Source: Burkholderiales bacterium (GTDB lineage: Bacteria > Pseudomonadota > Gammaproteobacteria > Burkholderiales > JBEEJL01). Taken from it: DNA of 64,000 nt. Every line of letters begins with the position of its first letter. Positions within the stretch are counted from its first letter, which is position 1. The notes under the pieces are model-generated. The model saw only the letters and a program-made list of their open reading frames with translations, did not search any database and was not told where the DNA came from. Position numbers and translations under genes: made by a program. Location of the stretch: positions 63 through 64,062 of the forward strand of contig JBAVRP010000070.1 in the NCBI GenBank assembly GCA_049695115.1, given 5' to 3'. This document shows positions 28,093 to 37,960 of the stretch, piece by piece.

Positions 28093-29466
28093 TTAAGAAT
28101 GATGAATAGACAATAAACGCTTGGCATGCGTTGCTTGCGGAACAAATATCAACATCACCGCTGCTGAAATTTTAAGCAGCGACGGCAACAAAGCGTAAAT
28201 TGCCGCGAGAGCGGTAAGTGAATAGGCGCTGGCGTCAGTGGCGTTCGGCACATAACCCAACCGACTGAGCAGCGGCAGCGCAATCCCTGCCGCTAACGCA
28301 AGATTCAGTTTGGTTACCAGATTCCATAAACCAAAATACGCGCCTTCGTTACGCGCTTTGCCATCGGCTTGGTCGCGGTCGATCACATCGGCGAGCATTG
28401 ACGGTGGCAACGCGAGGTCGGCGCCGAGGCCGAGGCCGGACAAAATGCAAATCAACATAAATGGCGTGACATCCCCGCGCGATAAATTAAACGCCCAGAC
28501 AAACGACAACACCGACACGACAATGCCAACCAGCCACGCGCCGCGCTTGCCGATGCGTCGTGCCAGCCAGACCCACAGCGGCATGCCGAGCGCACCAGCG
28601 AGAAAATATACGATAAGAAACGCGGCGCTCAAATCGCTGCGGCCAATCACGTCCTGGACAAAGAATAAAACCAGCGTGGCCGGAATTGCGGCAGCGATGC
28701 CGTTAAGTAAAAATGCGGCGAGCAAAAAACGGAACGAGCGGTTATTGAATGGAATGACGAGCCGACCCAGAAAGCTGTTATTTTCGTTGAAAAACATTAT
28801 ATAGGCTGGCGGCCGAGGCGCTAACAAAAGTATGACCGCGCAGCAGCCAATCGCCAGCGGCACATATAACGTAGCGAATTGAGTAAAGCCTTCACGCATG
28901 CCCACTTGCCGTGAAAAGATTTCCGGTAACGCTGCTGCAAGCAATACACCGATGACCGACAAACCTTCGCGCGCGGCGGTAATGCGCGTGCGCTCATGCG
29001 GGTCGGTAGCAAGCTCGGCGCCATAGGCCTGATAACTCACCGTCGCCATGCTGAAGCCGAGATAGACAACGGACAATGAAACAACCAGCCAGACCGAAAG
29101 CGAAAAAACATTTGTCATTGGATTAAATAACGCCCACATGCCGATAGCGAGCAGAGGCACGCCGATACCGATAAACCCTAGCCGACCAAAAACTGAACTG
29201 CGTGCACGATCACTCCACAGGCCTAGCAAAGGATCGATCAGCGCATCAGCCAAGCGAGCAATGAGTAATATCGCACCGACGGCAGCCAGATCCAGGCCGA
29301 GATCGGAATAAAATTTGGGGACGTGCACATAAATTGGCAGCGCTGCCATGGCGAGCGGCAAACCCAAAATGCCGTAAGCCAATAAGCGCGGAAAAGAAAT
29401 CTGGTTCAAGGAAGACCCAGCAGCTTTTTCCGCATCGATTGTTCGCTTGTGTTGTTGCCAAGCCAA
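28093..29466 (-). CDS. MFS transporter (GPH/MelB-like)
   Basis: 457 aa, about 12 TM helices, with a DPLLGLWSDR loop motif. The annotated start overlaps the upstream gene by 61 nt, so the true start is uncertain. Confidence 0.85.
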   Translation of the reverse strand: MAWQQHKRTIDAEKAAGSSLNQISFPRLLAYGILGLPLAMAALPIYVHVPKFYSDLGLDLAAVGAILLIARLADALIDPLLGLWSDRARSSVFGRLGFIGIGVPLLAIGMWALFNPMTNVFSLSVWLVVSLSVVYLGFSMATVSYQAYGAELATDPHERTRITAAREGLSVIGVLLAAALPEIFSRQVGMREGFTQFATLYVPLAIGCCAVILLLAPRPPAYIMFFNENNSFLGRLVIPFNNRSFRFLLAAFLLNGIAAAIPATLVLFFVQDVIGRSDLSAAFLIVYFLAGALGMPLWVWLARRIGKRGAWLVGIVVSVLSFVWAFNLSRGDVTPFMLICILSGLGLGADLALPPSMLADVIDRDQADGKARNEGAYFGLWNLVTKLNLALAAGIALPLLSRLGYVPNATDASAYSLTALAAIYALLPSLLKISAAVMLIFVPQATHAKRLLSIHHS

Positions 29467-29954
29467 ATGGAAAAAAACGCTTCGGAAAATTCGATGTCAT
29501 TCACAACACCGAGCAATTTGTCCTGGTTATAAAAATGCGCGCCCTTACCTGGAAGGTGCACGCCGACCAGGCGATCGCCATCTTTCACGTCGGGGAATAA
29601 TTTTTCCATGACGTCGCCCCATTTTTTACGTTTGGTGTCGTCGCCTGCATTAACGCGCTCCATTTCTTCGACGCTTTTTTGCGCCAGTGCGCTGCCCTTT
29701 ATATTGCGTGCATAGCGAATATCGAGCGCGAACGGTGATAGCCACGACCATTTTCCTGCGGTCGCCCACAGGTTCGCGTCATAGACATGAAAGCCGAATT
29801 TGCGAAAACGTACCGCGCCTAAAGGTGCTAGTTCTGCTTGGGTTCTCTGCAGCATCAGGGCCGGAAGTGGTGGCGCGGTGTCAGCGGCTGCCGCAGTCAA
29901 AAAAATAATCAGCGAAGCCAACAGTGAAAAAAATGAAAACCTTTTGCTTAACAC
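29406..29954 (-). CDS. chalcone-isomerase-like (CHI fold) periplasmic protein
   Basis: 182 aa with a signal peptide. The family call is by recall of sequence pattern and cluster context, and is moderate. Confidence 0.6.
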   Translation of the reverse strand: MLSKRFSFFSLLASLIIFLTAAAADTAPPLPALMLQRTQAELAPLGAVRFRKFGFHVYDANLWATAGKWSWLSPFALDIRYARNIKGSALAQKSVEEMERVNAGDDTKRKKWGDVMEKLFPDVKDGDRLVGVHLPGKGAHFYNQDKLLGVVNDIEFSEAFFSIWLGNNTSEQSMRKKLLGLP

Positions 29955-31222
29955 CGGCTTTCCTTGATTAATTCAATTTGCATCACATTGGTTCGGCCGC
30001 TACGAAAGCCTGCTTCGCAGTAGCAAAAATAAAAGCGCCAAATGCGCTGGAATGCGTCGTCGAAACCAAGTTTCACCAAGTCCTGTGCAATGTCATCGTA
30101 GCGCGTGCGCCAACGACGCAGCGTTTCGGCATAATCGAAACCGAATTCGTATTTGCGAGTTTCAGTCAGGCCCGCCTGGTTTGCCAAACCGACAAACACA
30201 GGCACCGAGGGCAGCATACCCCCGGGGAAAATAAACTGACGAATAAAATCGCTCGACTTACGGTAGTAATCAAAAGCGTCGGCCGCGATGGTAATAGTTT
30301 GCACTATGGCTTTGGCGCCTGGTTTCAGCGTGCGCTCAACCACTTTGAAATAACCCGGCCAAAATTTTTCGCCGACCGCTTCAAACATTTCAATCGACAC
30401 GACGGCGTCGAATTCGCCGCACACATCGCGGTAATCCTGCATGCGCAGTTCGACCAGATGATTCAAACCAGCGTTCAGTATTCTTTGTTGCGCAAAATCA
30501 AATTGCGCTTGCGAAATAGTGATGCCGGTAATCTTTAATCCGCGTGTTTTCGCGGCATATTCGGTAAAGCCGCCCCAGCCGCAGCCGATTTCCAGAATAT
30601 GCTGTGCAGGCTGTAGATTTAAGCGGGTCAAAATTCGCTCATATTTTGCTTGTTGTGCTGAGTCGAGACTTTGAGAAAAATTGTTATTAAACAAAGCACT
30701 GGAGTAAGTCATGCTGGGGTCGAGCCAGCGCGAATAAAACTCGTTACCCAAATCATAGTGCGCATGAATATTTTTTTTACTGCCTGCGCGCGTGTTGGCG
30801 CGGAACGCATGCACGATGCGATAAACGAAGTTGAACAAGCGATTACCAAAAAATATTTTTTCAATTGCCTGGCTATTCGCCACCGCGAATTCCAGCAGCA
30901 CAGATAAGTCACTTGTATCAAAAAGTTTATCGCGATAGGCTTCGGCGAATCCGATTTCTGCTGAGTGCAAAACCTTATTCGCCACACGCCAGTCATGCAT
31001 ATGGATATCCGCCGACGGTCCAGATTCAGCACCGGTGAAATTAACGCGGGTGCCGCTCGGCGTTATCAAAGCCAATTTGCCGTGCTGAAGACGATGTAGC
31101 AGTTGGATGAGCAATTTTGCCGAACGTGGCAAAGCGTGTATTTTCTGTTGCTCCGGATGGGCAGCCTTTCGTGCGCCTGAAAGTCTCGCTTCGTTTACTG
31201 TGATCAATTGTTGCTGTGACAA
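29948..31222 (-). CDS. cyclopropane-fatty-acyl-phospholipid synthase family SAM methyltransferase
   Basis: 424 aa. HYDLGNEFY, ILEIGCGWGG (SAM motif I) and YCEAGF C-terminal motif. Confidence 0.9.
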   Translation of the reverse strand: MSQQQLITVNEARLSGARKAAHPEQQKIHALPRSAKLLIQLLHRLQHGKLALITPSGTRVNFTGAESGPSADIHMHDWRVANKVLHSAEIGFAEAYRDKLFDTSDLSVLLEFAVANSQAIEKIFFGNRLFNFVYRIVHAFRANTRAGSKKNIHAHYDLGNEFYSRWLDPSMTYSSALFNNNFSQSLDSAQQAKYERILTRLNLQPAQHILEIGCGWGGFTEYAAKTRGLKITGITISQAQFDFAQQRILNAGLNHLVELRMQDYRDVCGEFDAVVSIEMFEAVGEKFWPGYFKVVERTLKPGAKAIVQTITIAADAFDYYRKSSDFIRQFIFPGGMLPSVPVFVGLANQAGLTETRKYEFGFDYAETLRRWRTRYDDIAQDLVKLGFDDAFQRIWRFYFCYCEAGFRSGRTNVMQIELIKESRC

Positions 31223-31237
31223 AATAGCCTCCTGAAT

Positions 31238-32008
31238 TTAGCGTGTTGTTTCAAGCAGTGGCGGCGCAGGCTTGGTGCGATAACCTGCGCCTTTCAGCCA
31301 CAGCCTGAGTGCTTGCCAATGAATCCGTGCCACTACGCCAATTGTCATCAGCGGATAACGAAAAAAGGCATATAGCAGGCGCTTAGCCGTGATAGCGATA
31401 GATTGCCCGCTGACGCTAGTGGCAAGTAAAAGGCCTTCCGCGTCGTGATAATCAATGCGAACGCGTTGCAGGCCGTCAAGTTGCGAAAAACAAAATCGAT
31501 AGTCCCCCGCCACATCGAGAAACGGTGACACATGAAAGACTTTTCTGGATTGCAACCACGCATCATTTTCGATCGGTCGGCCATCTTCGTGCGCGATAAG
31601 ATAATTGTGTTGTTCGCCGAAGGTATTACGCACTTCGCACAACACCGCGCGCAGGCCGCCTTGTTTGTCATGACAAAACCAGAAACTTACCGGATTGAAT
31701 ACGTAGCCCAATACTCGCGGGAATGCCTGCAAGATAATCTCACCGTCGGCAGTGTGAATATTTTCATGGTGCAATAATTTGCGTAGCCAAATTTCAAGAT
31801 CGCTACCGTCTTTCGGACCGTGGTCATGTCGGTGGAAACTGATTAAGTTCCATTTATCGATGGAGAAAAACCAACAGCTTGGGTTTGAAAGTTGAGACAG
31901 CGACATGCGCAAAAAAAAGACGCTATAATGAAAGCGATGCCGCTTTGGACGCATGCGGGCGTGCATCACGCTACCAAAGCCAAGGGAAATTAGTGTGGTT
32001 TTAGGCAT
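31238..32008 (-). CDS. DUF1365 family protein
   Basis: 256 aa. G.VMH.R..P..H.F.Y N-terminal pattern. The canonical neighbour of CFA-synthase-like and amine-oxidase-like genes. Confidence 0.8.
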   Translation of the reverse strand: MPKTTLISLGFGSVMHARMRPKRHRFHYSVFFLRMSLSQLSNPSCWFFSIDKWNLISFHRHDHGPKDGSDLEIWLRKLLHHENIHTADGEIILQAFPRVLGYVFNPVSFWFCHDKQGGLRAVLCEVRNTFGEQHNYLIAHEDGRPIENDAWLQSRKVFHVSPFLDVAGDYRFCFSQLDGLQRVRIDYHDAEGLLLATSVSGQSIAITAKRLLYAFFRYPLMTIGVVARIHWQALRLWLKGAGYRTKPAPPLLETTR

Positions 32009-32014
32009 GGGGCG

Positions 32015-33289
32015 TTAATATTTCATTTCAGTTCGCCATTTTGAAACGGCACCAAAAAATGACGCAACACGCAATCCCGACATCAAGCCGTCTTCGTGAA
32101 AGCCGTAGCGGGTCCAGGCACCGCAGTACCATGTATTGCGCCGGCCTTGGATAGATTCAATTTTTTTCTGCGCAGAGATAGTTGCTTCATCAAACAGCGG
32201 GTGCGAATATTCCAGTCGCTGAATTATTTTATCGACCCTAGGTTCACGATGCGGGTTAAGCGTCACCATCACCGGTTGGGTAAAAGGCAATGGTTGGAGC
32301 TTGTTGATCAGATAAGTCACCGCAATCGGGCGCTGATTATCTTCGCCATACCCGGCGTGGAAATTCCATGCGGCATGGACGATTTTGCGACGCGGTAAAA
32401 AACTTTCGTCTGTGTGCAATATCGCTCGGTTCGGCTGGTATTTAATCGCACCCAATAATTTAATTTCGTCAGCGTCAGCATCAGCCAACAGCGCCAACGC
32501 TTGGTCGCTGTGATTGGCTAAGATAACGTGATCAAATTTTTCAACACCATTTTTTTTGGTATATAGTTCAATATAATTTGTATGGCGGCGGATTTTTTTT
32601 ACGGGTGTGTCTAAACGGATGTCGCTAATAGTCTGCGCCATACGGCGCACGTACTCGCGCCCGCCGCCAATCACTGTGTGCCATTGCGGCCGGTCATTTA
32701 ATTGCAAGAGTCCGTGGTTGATGCAAAAACGTAAAAAAGTTTTGAGTGGAAACGCCATGATTTGCTGCATCGGCGATGACCAAATAGCCGCCGCCATGGG
32801 TAACAGATACCAGTTGCGAAAAGCGTCGCTGTATTGATGCCGATCAAGATATTCCTGCAACGTACCGCTTATGGCGGCTTCGAATTTCATCAATTGCATC
32901 GTCTCGCGGTTGAACCGAACGATATCCTTTACCATACGCAGAAAACTCGGCCGCATTAAATTACGCTTCTGCGCGAACACACTGGCAAGATTGGTGCCCG
33001 CCCATTCAAGCCCATTGTTTTCCATGCGGAAACTGAATGACATGTCCGACGCCACGGTGCGCACACCAAGCAATTCGAATAGCTGTATCAAATTAGGATA
33101 AGTACGGTCGTTGAAAACCAGAAACCCTGTATCAACGGGGTGAGTGACGTTACCCAAGGTGACATCCACTGTGTTGGTATGGCCGCCTAAGCGATTGTCT
33201 GCCTCAAACAAGGTAACGCGCTGTTGAGATGAAAGCAGCCAAGCAGCCGCGAGGCCGGAAATGCCGGAACCGATAACCGCAATATTCAT
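32015..33289 (-). CDS. NAD(P)/FAD-dependent oxidoreductase (COG2907 amine-oxidase-like)
   Basis: 424 aa. N-terminal dinucleotide fold IAVIGSGISGLAAAWLL...LFEADNRLGGH. Confidence 0.88.
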   Translation of the reverse strand: MNIAVIGSGISGLAAAWLLSSQQRVTLFEADNRLGGHTNTVDVTLGNVTHPVDTGFLVFNDRTYPNLIQLFELLGVRTVASDMSFSFRMENNGLEWAGTNLASVFAQKRNLMRPSFLRMVKDIVRFNRETMQLMKFEAAISGTLQEYLDRHQYSDAFRNWYLLPMAAAIWSSPMQQIMAFPLKTFLRFCINHGLLQLNDRPQWHTVIGGGREYVRRMAQTISDIRLDTPVKKIRRHTNYIELYTKKNGVEKFDHVILANHSDQALALLADADADEIKLLGAIKYQPNRAILHTDESFLPRRKIVHAAWNFHAGYGEDNQRPIAVTYLINKLQPLPFTQPVMVTLNPHREPRVDKIIQRLEYSHPLFDEATISAQKKIESIQGRRNTWYCGAWTRYGFHEDGLMSGLRVASFFGAVSKWRTEMKY

Positions 33290-34245
33290 ATTGGCTGTAT
33301 TACGATTTGCAAGTGATGACGTTTGCGCCAGTCGGCAATTTTGTTTTCCATCACAGTTAAGTCACCGATAACCCCATCGTGATTTTTTTGCATGCGGATA
33401 CGCTGGGCACCTGCGCCGCCGAGCCAGATAGCCGTACGTTCGTCAATGCGCTTGCGCAATTCATTTACCTGGTTTTGCGCCTCGGCTGTCGGGTATGCTC
33501 CGCTTATTGATAGCGCGACGATATTGGCTTTACTCGCTTTGCAAGCGGAAACAATTTCAGATACCGGCATTTGCATGCCTGGCGCAATACAGTCCGCGCC
33601 TTGTATTGAAGCAAGCGCCTGTACCATTAAAAGACCGATACCATGTTGTTCCCCGGGTAGCGAGGTGAGCAGAATGCGCGGAGCGGCGATATTGGCTTCA
33701 ATACGTTTGGCATTCGACATGGCGATACGCAATTCTGTTTGCAGTGCCTCGGAATATAGATGTTCATCAAAAATAGTGAGCGCGCCGCGTTGCCATTCCT
33801 GGCCTATAAATTGGTTCAGAGGCACGACAATTTGTTTAATGACACGCTGCAAACCCAATTGCCCCAATAGTTTTCGGAACTGGTGTTTGAAGTTTTCCGT
33901 ATCGTGGGTGCGAACACATTTAGCCAGGTCGTCTATAGCGGCATAAGCTTGGGCGCCCATTTTGATTTTTTTTTCGGAGACCAGCGCGGTAGTAGAGGTG
34001 GCAAGAGTTTGCCAGTCCAGCTCCTTGAATATGTGCCCGGGCCGCGAACCGCTATCAACCTTGCGCTTTACCAAATGCAATACGTCGATCTGCTCGCGTG
34101 AATACCTTCGATCACCCTGTGAGTCACGCAAGGGCAGAGGAAATCCATAACGCATTTCCCAGGCGCGCAAGGTTTCCTTGGTCAAGCCGGTTTCGCGCGA
34201 CACGGCGCTAATCGATTGTGAGTGATCAGGGTCATTTTTTAACAT
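33286..34245 (-). CDS. MerR-family, cobalamin-binding light-sensing regulator (CarH/LitR type)
   Basis: The ORF track starts at a TTG (34251). I prefer the ATG at 34245. N-terminal MerR HTH (ISAVSRETGLTKETLRAWEMRYGFP). Four-helix-bundle signature W-x9-EH (WQRGALTIFDEH). B12-binding ExHxxG (GEQHGIG) plus a downstream GG (WLGGAG). Confidence 0.85.
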   Translation of the reverse strand: MLKNDPDHSQSISAVSRETGLTKETLRAWEMRYGFPLPLRDSQGDRRYSREQIDVLHLVKRKVDSGSRPGHIFKELDWQTLATSTTALVSEKKIKMGAQAYAAIDDLAKCVRTHDTENFKHQFRKLLGQLGLQRVIKQIVVPLNQFIGQEWQRGALTIFDEHLYSEALQTELRIAMSNAKRIEANIAAPRILLTSLPGEQHGIGLLMVQALASIQGADCIAPGMQMPVSEIVSACKASKANIVALSISGAYPTAEAQNQVNELRKRIDERTAIWLGGAGAQRIRMQKNHDGVIGDLTVMENKIADWRKRHHLQIVIQPI

Positions 34246-34256
34246 GAACAAAATAA

Positions 34257-34269
34257 TAACTGATTGATT
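34257..34269 (-). repeat. AT-rich element core AATCAATCAGTTA
   Basis: Lies 12 nt upstream of the litR start in the divergent promoter region. Confidence 0.65.
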
Positions 34270-34288
34270 AATATCAATAAAAACAATA

Positions 34289-34301
34289 TTGTATTATACA
34301 A
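34289..34301. promoter_or_regulatory. palindrome TTGTAT-T-ATACAA in the litR / ferritin-like divergent promoter region (candidate operator)
   Basis: Perfect 6-bp inverted repeat, preceded by the palindrome CAATATTG, in the 204-bp divergent intergenic region. The link to LitR is an inference. Confidence 0.3.
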
Positions 34302-34449
34302 AATACTGGAATTTTTCGATATAATCAAGTACTTTCACTGGAATATTATTTCTGGCTGAAATGGCTGTTGAACGCTAAGCTATAGTTATTTTTGAACAAA
34401 CTATAAATTCGCTTTCAATGCCATTCGATCCATTTCGATAGGAAGGTTT

Positions 34450-35277
34450 ATGCTTTATCCAGAATTATTCAAGTCACTCGAAAAAGCCCGCTGGGATTTA
34501 ACTCAGGATGTGCCGTGGGATGAATTCAACCCGGCGCTACTCTCCGACGAGCAGGCGCAAACGGTGAGAATGAACGCCATCACCGAATGGTCGGCGCTGC
34601 CGGCAGTGGAAATGTTTTTGCGCGATAATCAAGATGACAGTGATTTTTCCGCCTTCATGTCCATCTGGTTTTATGAAGAGCAAAAACATTCGCTGGTGTT
34701 GATGGAATATCTGCGCCGCTTTCGCCCGGAACTTGTGCCAACCGAAGAAGAGTTACATGCGGTGCGTTTTGAGTTCGACCCCGCGCCGCCGCTGGAAACC
34801 CTGATGCTGCATTTCTGCGGTGAACTGCGCCTGACGCAATGGTATCGCCGCGCGTCGGAATGGCACACCGAACCGCTGATTAAAAAAATCTACGAATTGA
34901 TTTCCAAAGACGAAGCCCGTCACGGCGGCGCTTATCTCAAATACATGAAGCGTGCGATAGAAAAATCCGGTGATGCCGCGCGCGCCGCGTTCGCCAAGGT
35001 AGGTGTGCTGATGGCGAGTAGCGGACGCAGCGGCAAACCGCTGCACCCGACCAATTTGCATGTGAACGAAAAATTATTCCCCAACGACACGGTGCAAAGC
35101 CGCTTGCCTGATCCGGATTGGCTGGAACATTGGCTGGATAAACAGATACAATTCGACAAGGATTGCGAGCAACGCGTGGTCGGCGGCATTTTGCGCAACT
35201 TGTCCAGCTTGTTCGGCCGCCCATTTGAAACTGTCGCTGACCTCAATCGCTTTCGCAAAGAATTGAAACCAGCATGA
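34450..35277 (+). CDS. ferritin-like diiron-carboxylate protein (acyl-ACP-desaturase-like fold)
   Basis: 275 aa with two ExxH motifs (YEEQKH, DEARH). Divergent from litR. Confidence 0.7.
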   Translation: MLYPELFKSLEKARWDLTQDVPWDEFNPALLSDEQAQTVRMNAITEWSALPAVEMFLRDNQDDSDFSAFMSIWFYEEQKHSLVLMEYLRRFRPELVPTEEELHAVRFEFDPAPPLETLMLHFCGELRLTQWYRRASEWHTEPLIKKIYELISKDEARHGGAYLKYMKRAIEKSGDAARAAFAKVGVLMASSGRSGKPLHPTNLHVNEKLFPNDTVQSRLPDPDWLEHWLDKQIQFDKDCEQRVVGGILRNLSSLFGRPFETVADLNRFRKELKPA

Positions 35278-35762
35278 ATTTCCCTGTACCGGAATTTGAA
35301 AAAAAAATCTGCGAGCCTGGGCAGATCCCATCGCAGCTGGTGGAAATGAAACGGCCGCTGGTTTTCACCAATGGTTGTTTTGATATTTTGCATCGCGGCC
35401 ATGTGACGTATCTCGCGCAGGCGGCGGCTCTTGGCGTGTCTTTAGTTGTGGCGTTGAATACCGATGCATCGGTAAAACGCCAGGGCAAGGGTGATGACCG
35501 GCCGATCAACCCGTTGGAAGATCGCCTGGCCGTGATTGCCTCTCTTGACAGCGTGTCGCTGGTCACCTGGTTCGATGAAGATACGCCGTTGAATGTCATT
35601 CTGGCCACTAAGCCCGATATATTGGTCAAAGGCGGCGACTGGTCAACGGAAAAAATCGTCGGCGCCAGGGAAGTGCAGGCATGGGGCGGCAAGGTTTATT
35701 CGATTCCCTTCCGGCATGCCCGCTCGACAACAGCGACGCTGAATAAAATCCGCTCCCCTTAG
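35274..35762 (+). CDS. hldC: D-glycero-beta-D-manno-heptose 1-phosphate adenylyltransferase (RfaE domain II / HldC)
   Basis: 162 aa. Cytidylyltransferase motif NGCFDILHRGHVTYL. ATGA overlap with the upstream gene. Confidence 0.9.
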   Translation: MNFPVPEFEKKICEPGQIPSQLVEMKRPLVFTNGCFDILHRGHVTYLAQAAALGVSLVVALNTDASVKRQGKGDDRPINPLEDRLAVIASLDSVSLVTWFDEDTPLNVILATKPDILVKGGDWSTEKIVGAREVQAWGGKVYSIPFRHARSTTATLNKIRSP

Positions 35763-35840
35763 CCTTTTCCCTGCGCGCTTTCGCCTGCGCCGCCCATCCT
35801 TTACAATGCGTCATCAATCAAGTTGATTCATTGGAGTTTC

Positions 35841-37064
35841 ATGCCCGTTAATTTGCCACCGTTGCACGCCGCCGATTTGCTTCCCGTCAAGGGCGTCACG
35901 CTCGGCTTCGCCGAAGCTCATATCAAAAAGCCGAACCGCAAAGATTTGCTGGTGATTTCCTTGGCGCAAAATGCAACGGTTAGCGGCGTGTTCACGCAAA
36001 ACCGTTTTTGCGCCGCGCCGGTGACGCTGTGCCGCGAACACCTGAAATCAGGCAACATCCGTGCGTTGGTGATCAATACTGGCTGCGCTAACGCAGGCAC
36101 AGGCGAGGAGGGCATTCACAACGCGCGTAGCGTATCTACGGAAGTGGCGAGGTTGGCGGGTTGCAAGCCAGAGCAAGTGTTGCCGTTTTCCACTGGCGTG
36201 ATTCTGGAACAATTGCCATTGCAGAAAATTATCGCCGGTTTACCCGCCGCAATCGCGGGACAAAAACCCGACAACTGGTTTCACGCTGCGCACGCCATCA
36301 TGACCACGGACACGGTGCCCAAAGCTGTGTCGTGCCAGATTAAAATCGGCGGCGAGTCGATCACGATTACCGGCATGAGCAAAGGCGCAGGGATGATACA
36401 CCCGAACATGGCGACCATGCTGGGCTTTGTGGCTACCGATGCGACCATCAGCCAATCATTATTAAATGACATTACCAAACATGCCGCTGACCGCTCATTC
36501 AATCGCATCACTATAGACGGTGATACATCGACCAACGATTCATTCATCGTCATGGCAACAGGACAAACAGGCAAACCCATTATTGATGCGAGTAGCGCGG
36601 AATGTGGCGCGTTGAAAGATGCGCTGACCAAAGTCGCGATACAGCTCGCGCAGGCCATCGTGCGCGATGGCGAAGGCGCGACCAAATTCATGACGGTACA
36701 AGTTGAAGGCGGCAAGAACGAAGATGAATGCGCCAAGATTGCTTTTGCTATCGCGCACTCACCGCTGGTGAAGACCGCGTTCTTTGCGTCCGATCCGAAT
36801 CTGGGCCGCATTCTCGCCGCAATCGGTTATGCAGGTGTCGATGATCTCGATGTGAACAAAATGGAACTTTATTTGGGTGACGTATTGGTGGCGGAAAAAG
36901 GCGGCCGCGCGTTGAGTTACAGCGAAGACCAGGGACAGCGCGTTATGAAGGAAGCAGAAATTTTGATTCGGGTAAAATTAAACCGCGGCAAGGCAGAAAC
37001 CAAAGTATGGACCTGCGATTTTTCCTACGATTACGTGAAAATCAACGCCGATTATAGAAGTTGA
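35841..37064 (+). CDS. argJ: bifunctional ornithine acetyltransferase / N-acetylglutamate synthase
   Basis: The ORF track starts at 35823. I prefer the ATG at 35841 (MPVNLPP). Autoprocessing site [11 protein letters not shown] and C-terminus [16 protein letters not shown]. Confidence 0.95.
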   Translation: MPVNLPPLHAADLLPVKGVTLGFAEAHIKKPNRKDLLVISLAQNATVSGVFTQNRFCAAPVTLCREHLKSGNIRALVINTGCANAGTGEEGIHNARSVSTEVARLAGCKPEQVLPFSTGVILEQLPLQKIIAGLPAAIAGQKPDNWFHAAHAIMTTDTVPKAVSCQIKIGGESITITGMSKGAGMIHPNMATMLGFVATDATISQSLLNDITKHAADRSFNRITIDGDTSTNDSFIVMATGQTGKPIIDASSAECGALKDALTKVAIQLAQAIVRDGEGATKFMTVQVEGGKNEDECAKIAFAIAHSPLVKTAFFASDPNLGRILAAIGYAGVDDLDVNKMELYLGDVLVAEKGGRALSYSEDQGQRVMKEAEILIRVKLNRGKAETKVWTCDFSYDYVKINADYRS

Positions 37065-37076
37065 ATAATTTAATAT

Positions 37077-37089
37077 AATCAAATGCTTA
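37077..37089 (+). repeat. AT-rich junction element core AATCAAATGCTTA
   Basis: Lies in the 29-bp argJ/DUF815 spacer, in the context TTTAATATAATCAAATGCTTACAAT. Confidence 0.8.
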
Positions 37090-37093
37090 CAAT

Positions 37094-37957
37094 ATGCCTG
37101 CCAATGTAGAAAAACTTATTTCCCGCGCCGAAAAACTCATCGATAAACTCGAAGCGTTAATCCCGGCTGAAGCGCCACAGCCAGATTGGAAAGCGTCGAT
37201 CGCGTTTCGCTGGCGGGTAAAAAATAATCGCGGCTTTATCCAGCCAGTAAAAAACCCGCATCACATCATGCTCGATGATTTGTGCGATATCGATGAACAA
37301 AAAAAACGCATAACACAAAACACCAAACAGTTTGTGCAAGGCAAACCCGCCAACAACGTGTTGCTCACGGGTGCGCGCGGCACGGGCAAGTCATCGCTGA
37401 TCAAAGCGCTATTGAACCATTTCGGCAAACAGGGTTTGCGCTTGATTGAAGTGGAGAAATCTCATTTGGTGGATTTGCCCGACATCGTCGACATAGTCAG
37501 CGCACGGCCGGAAAAATTCATTTTGTTCTGCGATGACTTGTCTTTTGATGAAGGCGAATCCAGCTACAAAGCGCTGAAGACAGTGCTCGACGGCTCCATC
37601 GCCGCCCAGTCGGAAAATATACTTATATATGCCACGTCGAACCGCCGCCACTTGATGCCCGAATACATGGCGGAAAACCTGGAATACAAGCACATAGACG
37701 GCGAAATCCACCCGGGCGAAGGCATGGAGGAAAAAATTTCCCTGTCCGAACGCTTCGGACTGTGGTTATCGTTTTATCCATTCACTCAAGACGAGTATCT
37801 CGACATTGTGCGCCATTGGGCCGCGCATTTCGGTGTAAAGAAAATCAACTCAGCCGAGTTGCAATCTGCTGCCCTGCTATGGGCCATCGAACGCGGCTCC
37901 CGCAGCGGCCGTGTCGCCTGGCAGTTCGCGCGCGATTGGGCGGGAAAACAAAAATAA
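37094..37957 (+). CDS. DUF815 AAA-type ATP-binding protein
   Basis: 287 aa. Walker A LLTGARGTGKSS and Walker B ILFCDDLSF. Confidence 0.8.
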   Translation: MPANVEKLISRAEKLIDKLEALIPAEAPQPDWKASIAFRWRVKNNRGFIQPVKNPHHIMLDDLCDIDEQKKRITQNTKQFVQGKPANNVLLTGARGTGKSSLIKALLNHFGKQGLRLIEVEKSHLVDLPDIVDIVSARPEKFILFCDDLSFDEGESSYKALKTVLDGSIAAQSENILIYATSNRRHLMPEYMAENLEYKHIDGEIHPGEGMEEKISLSERFGLWLSFYPFTQDEYLDIVRHWAAHFGVKKINSAELQSAALLWAIERGSRSGRVAWQFARDWAGKQK

Positions 37958-37960
37958 TTT

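Noticed and set aside
37072-37082. Reading the TATAAT inside the junction element as sigma-70 -10 boxes, meaning internal promoters at every junction.
   Set aside because: No consistent -35 hexamer lies at 16-18 bp, and element orientation relative to the downstream genes is mixed. I cannot exclude promoter activity for individual copies.
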